Below are positions 19,219 to 28,821 of a stretch of 36,464 nt of DNA, piece by piece. Below the pieces are notes generated by a model. That model did no database searches and was not told the origin of the DNA. It saw nothing but the letters and a program-made list of their open reading frames with translations. Positions within the stretch are counted from its first letter, which is position 1; each line of letters starts with the position of its first letter. Source of the stretch: an uncultured Polaribacter sp. (GTDB lineage: Bacteria; Bacteroidota; Bacteroidia; Flavobacteriales; Flavobacteriaceae); the NCBI GenBank assembly GCA_937936695.1, contig CALHCK010000243.1:1-36464 (forward strand). The letters are read 5' to 3'. Position numbers and translations under genes: made by a program.

Positions 19219-19788
19219 TTATTTGTTATGTTTTTGTGCAACCTTTTCTAACTCATCATACCAATCTTTACCAAATTTTCTTACCAAAGCCTGTTTTACA
19301 AATTTATAAATAGGCATCTGCAACTCTTTCCCTAAAGAGCAAGCATCATCACAAATATCCCATTTATGATAATTTACGGCCGCAAACTCGCTATAATCTT
19401 TAACTCTCACAGGGTATAAATGACAAGAAATAGGTTTTTTCCAATCAATTTCTCCTTGATTATAAGCTTCTTCTATAGCACAAAGTGCAGTATTTTTTTC
19501 ATCAAAAATTACATAAGCACAATCTGCTCCATTTATTAAAGGGGTTTCTAACTCTCCCCATTCACTTGTAATCCAAGTACCTTCTTTTTCTATAACCTCT
19601 ACACCCTCTTTTCTTAAATAAGGTTTAACCTTCGGGTAAATAGCTTCTAAAATTTTGGTTTCTTCTTTATCTAAAGGAGCTCCCGCTTCTCCATCTACGC
19701 AACAAGCACCCTTACAAGCAGATAAATTACACACAAAATCTTTTTCTATAATATCTTCAGATACTATTGTTTTTCCTAATTGAAACAT
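19219..19788 (-). CDS. DUF3109 family Cys-rich protein
   Basis: FVCNLSACKGACCVDGEAGAP, CAIE, KPISCHLYP. Confidence 0.9.
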   Translation of the reverse strand: MFQLGKTIVSEDIIEKDFVCNLSACKGACCVDGEAGAPLDKEETKILEAIYPKVKPYLRKEGVEVIEKEGTWITSEWGELETPLINGADCAYVIFDEKNTALCAIEEAYNQGEIDWKKPISCHLYPVRVKDYSEFAAVNYHKWDICDDACSLGKELQMPIYKFVKQALVRKFGKDWYDELEKVAQKHNK

Positions 19789-19870
19789 AACTCAAAAATA
19801 GTATTATTTTCCATAAATTTACTTGGCTATAAACATAGTAAGATAAATAAATATTTAAAACTTTTTTATA

Positions 19871-20479
19871 ATGAATTTTGATGTATTAATTGTTGGAGGT
19901 GGAGTATCTGGAATGCAATGCGCTTTAGTTTTAGGATCTGCAAAAGACAAAGAGTTTGCCAAAAACAAAAAAACGGGTATTATTATGCATCAAAGAGCTT
20001 CTCATTTACAAGACGCACTTTTTAATAATGTACTCGGTATAGCTCCTAAAACCTTAGGGAAAGATATTTTACAAGAAGGGAAAGAACAATTAACTAATTT
20101 ATACTCTGAAATAGAACAAATTGAAAAAGAAAAAGTGATTAGTATACATGATGATGTAAAAGGATTTAAAGTTAAAACTAATAAAAGCAGCTATACTGCT
20201 AAAATTATTGTAGTTGCTTTAAATTACGCAAAACCTTTTACAATTAAAGGATTGGAAGACTTTATAGAGCCACACAAAAGAGCAAACCCTACTAAAGATA
20301 GAATTCAACTTAAAAACAATCAATACTTAATAAAAAAAGATTTGTATTGTTGTGGTACTATTGCAGGCTGCAGAAGCCAATTTGCAATTGCTGCAGGAAG
20401 TGGAGCTAGTGTAGCAACAGATATTCTTACTTTATGGAATAATAACACACCAACAAAAGTGCATGATAAAGCCAAATAA
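19871..20479 (+). CDS. FAD-dependent oxidoreductase (short thioredoxin-reductase-like)
   Basis: DVLIVGGGVSG FAD motif; C-terminal SQFAIAAGSG. Confidence 0.8.
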   Translation: MNFDVLIVGGGVSGMQCALVLGSAKDKEFAKNKKTGIIMHQRASHLQDALFNNVLGIAPKTLGKDILQEGKEQLTNLYSEIEQIEKEKVISIHDDVKGFKVKTNKSSYTAKIIVVALNYAKPFTIKGLEDFIEPHKRANPTKDRIQLKNNQYLIKKDLYCCGTIAGCRSQFAIAAGSGASVATDILTLWNNNTPTKVHDKAK

Positions 20480-20506
20480 AAAAACCTTGCTACAAGCAAG
20501 GTTTTT
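20480..20506. terminator. Bidirectional terminator between the oxidoreductase and glmS
   Basis: AAAAACCTTGCT-ACA-AGCAAGGTTTTT. Confidence 0.85.
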
Positions 20507-20530
20507 AATAATATTATTTTTTACATCTAT

Positions 20531-22387
20531 TTACTCTACGGTGACAGATTTAGCTAAGTTTCTTGGCTGATCTACATTTTTATTTAGTAAAACAGCTATA
20601 TGATAAGATAGTAATTGTAAAGGTATTGTTGTTAACAAAGGTGTAAATGCTTCCTCTGTTTCAGGTATCTCAATATAATGATCTGCAATTTCTTTTACAG
20701 TAACATCTCCCTCTGTTACAATAGCTATAATTTTACCTGCTCTAGATTTAATTTCTTGAATATTACTTACTACTTTTTCGTAATGCCCTTTGTTTGTTGC
20801 AATTACAAAAATCGGCATATTCTCATCAATTAAAGCAATAGGCCCATGCTTCATTTCTGCAGCTGGATAACCTTCAGCATGTATATAAGATATCTCTTTT
20901 AATTTTAAAGCGCCTTCTAAAGCTACCGGAAAATTAAAACCTCTTCCTAAATACAAGCAGTTAGTGGCATCTTTATACACTTTAGCTATTTCTTTAACTT
21001 TTTCATCTAACTTTAAAAGTTCTTCTACTTTTTTAGGTATCAACTGCATTCTTTGTAAATAAGTTAATACAGCAGATTTAGAAAGTGTTCCTTTTTTTGA
21101 TGATAATTTTAAAGCTATTAAATTTAAAACTGTTATTTGAGTTGTAAAAGCTTTTGTAGAAGCAACACCTATTTCTGGTCCTGCATGTGTGTAAGCACCT
21201 GCATGTGTCTCTCTTGCAATAGAAGAACCAACTACATTACAAATACCAAAAACAAAAGCTCCTTTAGATTTTGCTAATTTTATTGCAGCTAATGTATCTG
21301 CAGTTTCTCCTGATTGAGAAATTGCTATAACAACATCTTTAGAAGTTATTATTGGGTTTCTATACCTAAATTCAGAAGCATACTCTACCTCTACAGGTAT
21401 ACGTGCAAATTCTTCTATAAGATATTCTCCTACTAAACCTGCATGCCATGACGTACCACAAGCAACAATAATAATTCTTTCAGCATTTAAGAATTTATTC
21501 ATGTGGTTATCAATACCAGCCATTCTAATAATTCCTTCATCAGCTAACATTCTACCTCTATAGGTATCTATAATTGCCTTAGGTTGTTCATGAATTTCTT
21601 TAAGCATAAAATGGTCGTAACCACCTTTTTCTATCTGCTCAAGATTCATTTTTAACTCTTGAATATTAGCATCTACTAAAGAATCATCTTTTATCTTGTA
21701 GATTTTAATACCCTTACCTAATTTAATAATAGCCATTTCTTCATCTTCTAAATAAATAGCCTCTTTTGTATATTCTATAAAAGGTGATGCATCCGATGCA
21801 ACAAAAAATTCTGAATTTTTCTCACCAACACCAATAGCAATAGGACTTCCTAACTTTGCTACTATAATTTCATTTGGTTTTGTCTTATCAAAAACAGCAA
21901 TAGCATAAGCACCTATAACACTATTTAATGCTAATTGTACTGCTTTCCCTAATTTACAACCTTCTTTCTTCTTTACTTCTTCAATTAAATTTACCAATAC
22001 TTCTGTATCAGTATCACTTTTAAAAGTATACCCTCTAGTTATAAGTTCTTTTTTTAAAGTATCATAATTTTCTATAATTCCGTTATGAACGATAGCTAAA
22101 TTTCCTGATTGTGAAAAATGAGGATGAGAGTTTGTATCGTTAGGCACACCATGTGTTGCCCAACGGGTATGCCCCATTCCTATAAGACCTTTTTTTCTTT
22201 CTTCTTCTTTATCTGTTATTACTTCTAAATCAGAAACCTTACCCTTAGTCTTAGATAGATGAATGTTACTACCATCATACATCATTATACCTGCGCTATC
22301 ATACCCTCTATATTCTAAGCGCTTAAGACCGTTTATAACTATTGGGTAGGCATCTCTATAACCTATATAACCAGTAATACCACACAT
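20531..22387 (-). CDS. glmS: Glutamine-fructose-6-phosphate transaminase (isomerizing)
   Basis: MCGI, LEYRGYDSAG, GHTRWATHG, SQSGETADT, PRNLAKSVTVE. Confidence 0.99.
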   Translation of the reverse strand: MCGITGYIGYRDAYPIVINGLKRLEYRGYDSAGIMMYDGSNIHLSKTKGKVSDLEVITDKEEERKKGLIGMGHTRWATHGVPNDTNSHPHFSQSGNLAIVHNGIIENYDTLKKELITRGYTFKSDTDTEVLVNLIEEVKKKEGCKLGKAVQLALNSVIGAYAIAVFDKTKPNEIIVAKLGSPIAIGVGEKNSEFFVASDASPFIEYTKEAIYLEDEEMAIIKLGKGIKIYKIKDDSLVDANIQELKMNLEQIEKGGYDHFMLKEIHEQPKAIIDTYRGRMLADEGIIRMAGIDNHMNKFLNAERIIIVACGTSWHAGLVGEYLIEEFARIPVEVEYASEFRYRNPIITSKDVVIAISQSGETADTLAAIKLAKSKGAFVFGICNVVGSSIARETHAGAYTHAGPEIGVASTKAFTTQITVLNLIALKLSSKKGTLSKSAVLTYLQRMQLIPKKVEELLKLDEKVKEIAKVYKDATNCLYLGRGFNFPVALEGALKLKEISYIHAEGYPAAEMKHGPIALIDENMPIFVIATNKGHYEKVVSNIQEIKSRAGKIIAIVTEGDVTVKEIADHYIEIPETEEAFTPLLTTIPLQLLSYHIAVLLNKNVDQPRNLAKSVTVE

Positions 22388-22413
22388 ATTAATTTTTTAT
22401 TTTTATTTTTTAA

Positions 22414-24063
22414 TTATTTTTTACTTGTAAAAGAAAGCTTTAACTGAGCTTTTCTTAATCCATTGTTATCATTTCCATTATGTAAAATAACAAATTTCGG
22501 ATCCCAGCTATAAGATGTTACACTATTTAAAGCTCCTACAATTCTTGGATTATCAGTAGGATTAAAAACTTTTAAAACTAAAGGAGAAAAATCTTCTGAA
22601 GAACCATTTAATAAGCTTGATACATAAGCTGTTACATTAAAAGTATAACCACTTTGCCCATCAGATAATTGTGAAATTACTCCAAAAGGATTTACATTTT
22701 GTTGAGATGATTCTGTTGGAAATGAGTTTGAAGAAAAAGAATCTGACAAATGCAATGGACTTCTTCCTTCATTATTATTCGAATAGATATACAACCTATT
22801 CGGAACATCTATTCCTGAACTTAGTTCTTCATTTATATTAAATAATATTGTAGCCTCGTTAGCCAGTAGTCCAAAATCATTATTTTCTATATCTCTTATA
22901 GATGCCAATTCTTTTAAATCAAGATAATTATTAACATCAACATCTTTATCCCTGTACAACAATAAAGGATCATCTTCATCTAAGCTAGATAAATTTACAC
23001 CTAAAATGCTAATTTCTGCAGAAACTCCTGCTAAACCTTGTACTAAAAAGTCATTATCAAAACTTGGTAATTTAGCATCTTCAATAACATCATATATATT
23101 ATTTTGTATATCTGTTTTAAAAGGAAAAGAATAACTACCTGTAATAACAGTATCTTTTTTCACTACTTTTGAATATAAAAAATCTAATGCAGCTTGTCCT
23201 TGAGATGCATCAGCAATATTAACAGGTACTAAAGCACCATCATCTCCTTCTACTTTAACAATTAATCCTCTAAAATAATTTTGAAAAGCTTGTTCTGATT
23301 TAAATTGAGAATTCTCAAATTCATTCCAAAATAAATTTTCCATTTTCTCTAAATCTAAAGGAATTGCTAAAAAAGCAACTGGTTCGTTTCTTGCATTCTC
23401 TAATTTTAAAACATCCTTAATACTATCTGTGCTTTGGGTGTTTTCACTTCTATCAGGTCTATAAAAGGTAATATTAATATCTTTTTGAATATCATTTGCT
23501 GTAAACGAAAAGTTTGAATTAGTTAATAAATCTTCATCTTTCTCATTATAATTAAAACCTGAAGAGTATGTATTACGTAAGGCTAAGTTATCGGGGTTTA
23601 ACTTATGTAAAAAAGTAGGATTTCTATACACTTTTACTTTTGTAAGAGCATTTTTATTACCTAACACAGAATCTAACTTATAAGGTATTTTTAAAAAAAC
23701 TTTATCTAAAGTAAAAATAGTATCACCATTTTGCTGTGTTCTCAAATTTTCTGAAGGAAGACTTAATTGTGTTACAAAACCGGAACGTATTGTTTTACTT
23801 TTAGCAGTAGTATAAACTCCTAGTCTATAATTAACAAGATTTATACCAACTCTCTCAACTTCTAAACCTGTTTTATCAGCATCAATACCCTGTAAATTTA
23901 TTGGTTTTATGTCTAAATCTAAAAAAACTTCGTTTTTAGAAAACTTATTATTTACAATAATACTAGTTCCAATATCTGTAAAATCTTCTTCACAAGAAAT
24001 AATACTTGCTAACACAATAATAAAAGCACTTATATAAATGCTTCCTTTAAAAAAATTTCTCAC
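22414..24063 (-). CDS. DUF4270 family lipoprotein
   Basis: GTG start, lipobox IISC-EEDF, FQNYFRGL, position between glgA-like and glmS. Confidence 0.8.
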   Translation of the reverse strand: MRNFFKGSIYISAFIIVLASIISCEEDFTDIGTSIIVNNKFSKNEVFLDLDIKPINLQGIDADKTGLEVERVGINLVNYRLGVYTTAKSKTIRSGFVTQLSLPSENLRTQQNGDTIFTLDKVFLKIPYKLDSVLGNKNALTKVKVYRNPTFLHKLNPDNLALRNTYSSGFNYNEKDEDLLTNSNFSFTANDIQKDINITFYRPDRSENTQSTDSIKDVLKLENARNEPVAFLAIPLDLEKMENLFWNEFENSQFKSEQAFQNYFRGLIVKVEGDDGALVPVNIADASQGQAALDFLYSKVVKKDTVITGSYSFPFKTDIQNNIYDVIEDAKLPSFDNDFLVQGLAGVSAEISILGVNLSSLDEDDPLLLYRDKDVDVNNYLDLKELASIRDIENNDFGLLANEATILFNINEELSSGIDVPNRLYIYSNNNEGRSPLHLSDSFSSNSFPTESSQQNVNPFGVISQLSDGQSGYTFNVTAYVSSLLNGSSEDFSPLVLKVFNPTDNPRIVGALNSVTSYSWDPKFVILHNGNDNNGLRKAQLKLSFTSKK

Positions 24064-24076
24064 GTAAAACGTTTAA

Positions 24077-24886
24077 TTAATTAGCCTTTAATAAATCGGC
24101 ATAAAAATCTAAATAACTTTCTTTAATATTTTCTGTTTGATGTGCTAAAACAGGAATCTCTTTACCTTCTAAAAAAGAAGCTAATTCATCATCTACAGTT
24201 TCACTACCATGAATAACTGCATCTGAGTTTTCTATAGCACTCTTTAAAATATTTGTATGGTTAGGTTTTACTATAGTTTCTACTTTTTCATCTACAATAC
24301 TATCAAATTTAACTTTGTTTGCAAGTTCAGTATTAAGCGTTCCCTCAAAACCACCATCATATAATGAAACCACAATTTTGCTTTCCGCAAAAAGAGGTTC
24401 TTCTTTATAAAATTCTTTTAGGTATAATGGTAATAAAGAAGCCATCCATCCATGTACATGAATAATATCCGGAGCCCAATTTAATTTTTTTACAGTTTCT
24501 ACAACTCCTTTTGCAAAGAAAATTGCACGCTCATCATTATCTCCAAACATTTCATTATCATCACCAGTAAAAACGGCTTTTCTTTTAAAATATTCTTCGT
24601 TGTCTATAAAATAAACTTGCATTCTTTCTTTAGGTATAGATGCTACTTTTATAATAAGCGGCATATCCATATCATTAACAACAAGGTTCATACCAGAAAG
24701 ACGAATAACTTCATGCAACTGATGTCTTCTTTCATTTATTACACCATATCTTGGCATAAAAATTCTTGTTTGTACTCCTTTAGAATGTGCGTTTTTTGCT
24801 GCATTAAATGCTGTTGACGATAATTCTGTTTCTGGTAAGTAAGGCACTACTTCCGATGAAACAAATAGTATTCTCTTGTCCTTCAT
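24077..24886 (-). CDS. Glycogen/starch synthase N-terminal (GT5) domain protein
   Basis: ILFVSSEVVPY, FMPRYG, DNDERAIFF, PDIIHVHGW; only 269 aa. Confidence 0.85.
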   Translation of the reverse strand: MKDKRILFVSSEVVPYLPETELSSTAFNAAKNAHSKGVQTRIFMPRYGVINERRHQLHEVIRLSGMNLVVNDMDMPLIIKVASIPKERMQVYFIDNEEYFKRKAVFTGDDNEMFGDNDERAIFFAKGVVETVKKLNWAPDIIHVHGWMASLLPLYLKEFYKEEPLFAESKIVVSLYDGGFEGTLNTELANKVKFDSIVDEKVETIVKPNHTNILKSAIENSDAVIHGSETVDDELASFLEGKEIPVLAHQTENIKESYLDFYADLLKAN

Positions 24887-24912
24887 TAAATCAAACTCTT
24901 TTATAAGATATG

Positions 24913-24960
24913 CAAAAATACAAATTATTATGCTAATATCGTGTTAAATTGGTAAGTTTG
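24913..24960. promoter_or_regulatory. Divergent -7 elements for the glgA-like operon and panC
   Basis: TATTTTTG (minus, 24920-24913) and TAAGTTTG (plus, 24953-24960). Confidence 0.6.
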
Positions 24961-24983
24961 CAGACTTTACTTAATTTTTAAAG

Positions 24984-25826
24984 ATGAAATTTTTCACAAA
25001 AAAACAAGATTTAAAAGCTTACATAAGCTCTAAAAAAGCCAAAAATAAAACAATTGGTTTTGTACCAACTATGGGGGCACTTCATAAAGGGCATTTATCT
25101 TTAATTAAAAAAGCAAAAAAGAAAAATGACATCGTGGTGGTTAGTATTTTTGTTAACCCCACCCAATTTGACAAACAAGAAGACCTAGTTAAATATCCAA
25201 AAACACTAGAAAACGACACTCTTTTACTTGAAAAAGTAGCATGCGATGTACTATTTAACCCTTCAGTAGAAGAAATTTATAACACAAATGTTACTGCCGA
25301 AAATTTTGACTTTGATGGATTAGAACATCAAATGGAAGGAAAATTTAGAGACGGTCATTTTAATGGTGTAGGAACTATAGTAAAAACACTTTTTAAAATT
25401 GTAACTCCCAACAAAGCTTATTTTGGCGAAAAAGACTTTCAGCAGTTACAAATCATCAAAAAAATGGTAAAACAAAACCATTTAAAAGTAAAAATAAAAG
25501 GGTGCCCTATTTTTAGAGAAGATGACGGTTTAGCCATGAGTTCTAGAAATACCCGTTTAACAGAAGCACAAAGAAAAGCTGCTCCGTTTATATACCAAAC
25601 ATTACAAAAAGCAAAACAAAAAAGCAGCACAACAACAATTACCAATATTACAAATTGGGTGCAAAATGAGTTTAAAAATCACCCTTTATTAACATTAGAA
25701 TACTTTACAATTGCAGAAGAAAAAACACTAAAAACTGTAAAAAACAAAGAATCTAATAAAAAATACCGTGCTTTTATTGCAGTATTTGCAGGTAAAATCC
25801 GATTAATTGATAACATTCAATTATAA
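24984..25826 (+). CDS. panC: Pantoate-beta-alanine ligase
   Basis: [40 protein letters not shown]. Confidence 0.98.
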   Translation: MKFFTKKQDLKAYISSKKAKNKTIGFVPTMGALHKGHLSLIKKAKKKNDIVVVSIFVNPTQFDKQEDLVKYPKTLENDTLLLEKVACDVLFNPSVEEIYNTNVTAENFDFDGLEHQMEGKFRDGHFNGVGTIVKTLFKIVTPNKAYFGEKDFQQLQIIKKMVKQNHLKVKIKGCPIFREDDGLAMSSRNTRLTEAQRKAAPFIYQTLQKAKQKSSTTTITNITNWVQNEFKNHPLLTLEYFTIAEEKTLKTVKNKESNKKYRAFIAVFAGKIRLIDNIQL

Positions 25827-25860
25827 TAGCTATTCAACCAAAAAAGAGTATTTTTGTAAA

Positions 25861-26211
25861 ATGTTAGTACAAGTAGTAAAATCTAAAATCCACCGTGTAA
25901 AAGTTACTGGTGCCGATTTAAATTATATAGGAAGCATTACCATAGACGAAGATTTAATGGACGCTGCCAACATTATAGAAGGAGAACGTGTTCAGATTGT
26001 AAACAACAACAATGGCGAACGTTTAGAAACTTACGCAATTCCAGGACCACGTGGTAGCGGAGAAATAACATTAAACGGTGCAGCTGCAAGAAGAGTTGCC
26101 GTAGGCGATGTTTTAATTTTAATTGTTTATGGTTTTATGGACTTTGAAGAGGCTAAAAACTTTAAACCATCATTAGTTTTTCCAAACGAAAAAGACAACA
26201 CACTTACTTAG
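25861..26211 (+). CDS. panD: Aspartate 1-decarboxylase
   Basis: [14 protein letters not shown] (G-S autocleavage site), RLETY, LNGAAAR. True start is ATG 25861. Confidence 0.98.
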   Translation: MLVQVVKSKIHRVKVTGADLNYIGSITIDEDLMDAANIIEGERVQIVNNNNGERLETYAIPGPRGSGEITLNGAAARRVAVGDVLILIVYGFMDFEEAKNFKPSLVFPNEKDNTLT

Positions 26212-26213
26212 TT

Positions 26214-27158
26214 TTGAATATCAAAAAAGTTTTAAAAATACTATTACCTCTCATTTTGGGAGGTTTTTTAGTTTGGTACTCTATTTCAAAAATATCTATA
26301 GACGTACTTGTTGGTTATTTTAAAGAAGCAAAATATAGTTGGATTGTCTTAGGTCTTTTCTTCGGTATCTTAAGTCATTTATCTAGAGCCTACAGATGGA
26401 AGTTTATGCTAGAACCACTAGGTTTTAAACCTAAATTTACCAATAGCGTTTTAGCAGTTTTAGTAGGCTATTTAGTAAACTTGGCACTACCCAGAGCTGG
26501 AGAAATTTCTAGAGCAACCGTAATGGCAAATTACGAAAAAATACCTTTCGAAAAAGGATTTGGAACCATTGTAGCAGAACGAATTGCAGACCTAATAATG
26601 ATGCTTTCCATTATTGCAATAACACTCTTTGTACAATACGATTTTATATACGAATTACTCACAAAAAATTTCAACCCCGTAAAAATAGGCATAGCTTTAG
26701 CCATATTAATTGTCGGTTTTTTCATTTTTTCATCCTTTGTTAAAAAAGCAAAATCTGGTTTTCTTTTAAAAATAAAAACTTTTATTACAGGCTTAATAGA
26801 AGGCGTAACAAGTATTTTTAAAATGAAAAGTAAGTGGGCATTTATTTTTCATACCGTATTTATTTGGCTTATGTATGTAGCCATGTTTTGGGCAACCATA
26901 CCCGCCATAGAAAACCTAAACGTGCCTTTTGGCGGAGTTTTAATTGGCTTTATTGCAGGTGGTTTTTCTATAGCCGCAACAAACGGAGGCATCGGCTTGT
27001 ACCCAATAGCCGTTGCAGGCGCACTAGCTCTATTTAACATACCAACAGAACCCGCAACCGCTTTTGGTTGGATCATGTGGACAGCACAAACAGCAATGAT
27101 TATTATTTTTGGAGGTTTAGCATTTTTACTGCTTCCAATATTAAACAAAAACAAATAA
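26214..27158 (+). CDS. Lysylphosphatidylglycerol synthase TM-domain / YbhN flippase-like protein
   Basis: RAYRW, GYLVNLALPRAGE, GTIVAERIAD, GGIG; TTG start. Confidence 0.88.
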   Translation: MNIKKVLKILLPLILGGFLVWYSISKISIDVLVGYFKEAKYSWIVLGLFFGILSHLSRAYRWKFMLEPLGFKPKFTNSVLAVLVGYLVNLALPRAGEISRATVMANYEKIPFEKGFGTIVAERIADLIMMLSIIAITLFVQYDFIYELLTKNFNPVKIGIALAILIVGFFIFSSFVKKAKSGFLLKIKTFITGLIEGVTSIFKMKSKWAFIFHTVFIWLMYVAMFWATIPAIENLNVPFGGVLIGFIAGGFSIAATNGGIGLYPIAVAGALALFNIPTEPATAFGWIMWTAQTAMIIIFGGLAFLLLPILNKNK

Positions 27159-27163
27159 AACAA

Positions 27164-27262
27164 GGGCGTTCCCTAAAGGTCGCGCTTTCATTACTCGCTT
27201 TTTTGTACCGTTTTTACAACGGTACAAAAAGAGCTCAAACACACCATTCAATCGCTAACGCA
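27164..27262 (+). ncRNA. Flavo-1-like structured intergenic element
   Basis: GGGCGTT-CCCTAAAGGTCGCGCT...ATCGCT-AACGC with closing pair GCGTT/AACGC and a 13-bp internal stem TTTTTGTACCGTT/AACGGTACAAAAA. The resemblance to the Flavo-1 motif is from memory. Confidence 0.65.
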
Positions 27263-27332
27263 ACCACTTGCCAACTTCAATAAAAAACAAACTACAAATT
27301 ACTTTTTAAACAACAATATCAACATTAGTTTG

Positions 27333-27340
27333 TAACTTTG
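27333..27340 (+). promoter_or_regulatory. -7 element for radA
   Basis: TAACTTTG, 29 nt before the ATG. Confidence 0.55.
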
Positions 27341-27369
27341 TTATTCTAAAATCGTTCGATATATTTTAA

Positions 27370-28731
27370 ATGGCAAAAACCAAAACAACTTTTTTCTGTC
27401 AAAATTGTGGCACCCAACACGCAAAATGGGTAGGCCAATGTGGTGCCTGTAAAGAATGGAACACCATTGTAGAAGAAATTATTCAGAAAGAAGAAAAACG
27501 AGTTTGGAAACAATCAACAACAGCAAAACAAACCGTAAACAAACCATTAAAAATAGCCGAAATACAACTAAACCCAGAAGAAAGAGTTGTAACTAACAAC
27601 AACGAATTAGACACTGTTTTAGGAGGCGGATTGGTAAAAGGTTCTGTAACACTTTTAGGAGGAGAACCCGGTATCGGAAAATCTACCCTATTATTGCAAG
27701 TTGCCCTAAATATCAATCAAAAGGTATTATACGTTTCAGGAGAAGAAAGTCAATCTCAAATTAAAATGAGAGCAGAACGATTAAATGCTAATAACTCTAA
27801 TTGTTTAATCTTAACAGAAACCAGTACACAACAAATTTTTAAAAATATAGAAACAATAGCTCCAGAAGTATTAGTTATAGATTCTATACAAACCCTACAT
27901 ACAAACAATATAGAAGCCTCTCCAGGAACAATTTCTCAAATTAGAGAAACCTCTGCAGAACTTATAAAGTTTGCCAAAGAAACCGCAACTCCTGTACTAT
28001 TAATAGGACACATTAATAAAGAAGGAAACATTGCAGGTCCTAAAATTTTAGAGCACATGGTAGATGTTGTACTACAATTTGAAGGAGACAGAAACCACAC
28101 TTACCGAATTTTAAGAAGTCAAAAAAACAGATTTGGATCAACCTCAGAATTGGGTATTTACGAAATGCTATCAAACGGATTAAGAGAAATCTCTAATCCA
28201 TCAGAAATACTCATCTCTAAAAAAGACGCAGATTTAAGCGGAACCGCAATTGCATCTACATTAGAAGGTATAAGACCTTTAATGATAGAAATTCAAGCAC
28301 TAGTATCTACTGCTGTATACGGTACACCACAAAGATCTACAACAGGCTATAATTTAAAACGCTTAAATATGATATTGGCTGTTTTAGAAAAAAGAGCCGG
28401 TTTTAAACTAGGTGCAAAAGATGTATTTTTAAACATAACAGGAGGTATTAACGTAGATGATCCTGCAATAGATTTAGCCGTTGTAGCAGCAATACTATCT
28501 TCTAATCAAGATGTTGCCATTAACCCAAACGTGTGCTTTGGTGCCGAGGTTGGTTTAGCAGGAGAAATAAGACCTGTATCTAAAATAGACCAACGTATTT
28601 TAGAAGCAGAAAAACTAGGCTACAAAACATTTGTCGCCTCTAAATACAACAAAATATCCTCTAAAAATCATACTATAAAATTAATACTAGTTGGTAAAAT
28701 AGAAGAAGCATTTGCCACCTTATTTGCTTAA
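27370..28731 (+). CDS. radA: DNA repair protein RadA/Sms
   Basis: C4 zinc finger CQNC...CGAC, GEPGIGKST, KNRFG, Lon-like C-terminus. Confidence 0.99.
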   Translation: MAKTKTTFFCQNCGTQHAKWVGQCGACKEWNTIVEEIIQKEEKRVWKQSTTAKQTVNKPLKIAEIQLNPEERVVTNNNELDTVLGGGLVKGSVTLLGGEPGIGKSTLLLQVALNINQKVLYVSGEESQSQIKMRAERLNANNSNCLILTETSTQQIFKNIETIAPEVLVIDSIQTLHTNNIEASPGTISQIRETSAELIKFAKETATPVLLIGHINKEGNIAGPKILEHMVDVVLQFEGDRNHTYRILRSQKNRFGSTSELGIYEMLSNGLREISNPSEILISKKDADLSGTAIASTLEGIRPLMIEIQALVSTAVYGTPQRSTTGYNLKRLNMILAVLEKRAGFKLGAKDVFLNITGGINVDDPAIDLAVVAAILSSNQDVAINPNVCFGAEVGLAGEIRPVSKIDQRILEAEKLGYKTFVASKYNKISSKNHTIKLILVGKIEEAFATLFA

Positions 28732-28764
28732 AAATTAAAAACACAAACACTAATGTTTTTAATT

Positions 28765-28797
28765 AAAAAAGACCAAGCATTTATTTGCTTGGTCTTT
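28765..28797. terminator. Terminator between convergent radA and hemD
   Basis: AAAGACCAAGCA-tttatt-TGCTTGGTCTTT; the longer U tract is on the minus strand. Confidence 0.8.
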
Positions 28798-28821
28798 GTA
28801 TATAATTAAGATTCTATAAAA

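Noticed and set aside
22388-22413. glmS ribozyme
   Set aside because: Only a 26-nt AT-rich gap precedes glmS; there is no room.
27068-27283. 71-aa ORF running through the structured element
   Set aside because: It overlaps the ybhN-like gene out of frame; the sequence is better explained by base pairing.
28733-28764. AT-rich inverted repeat AATTAAAAACA/TGTTTTTAATT after radA
   Set aside because: Weak stem without a U tract; the adjacent GC-containing hairpin explains termination.
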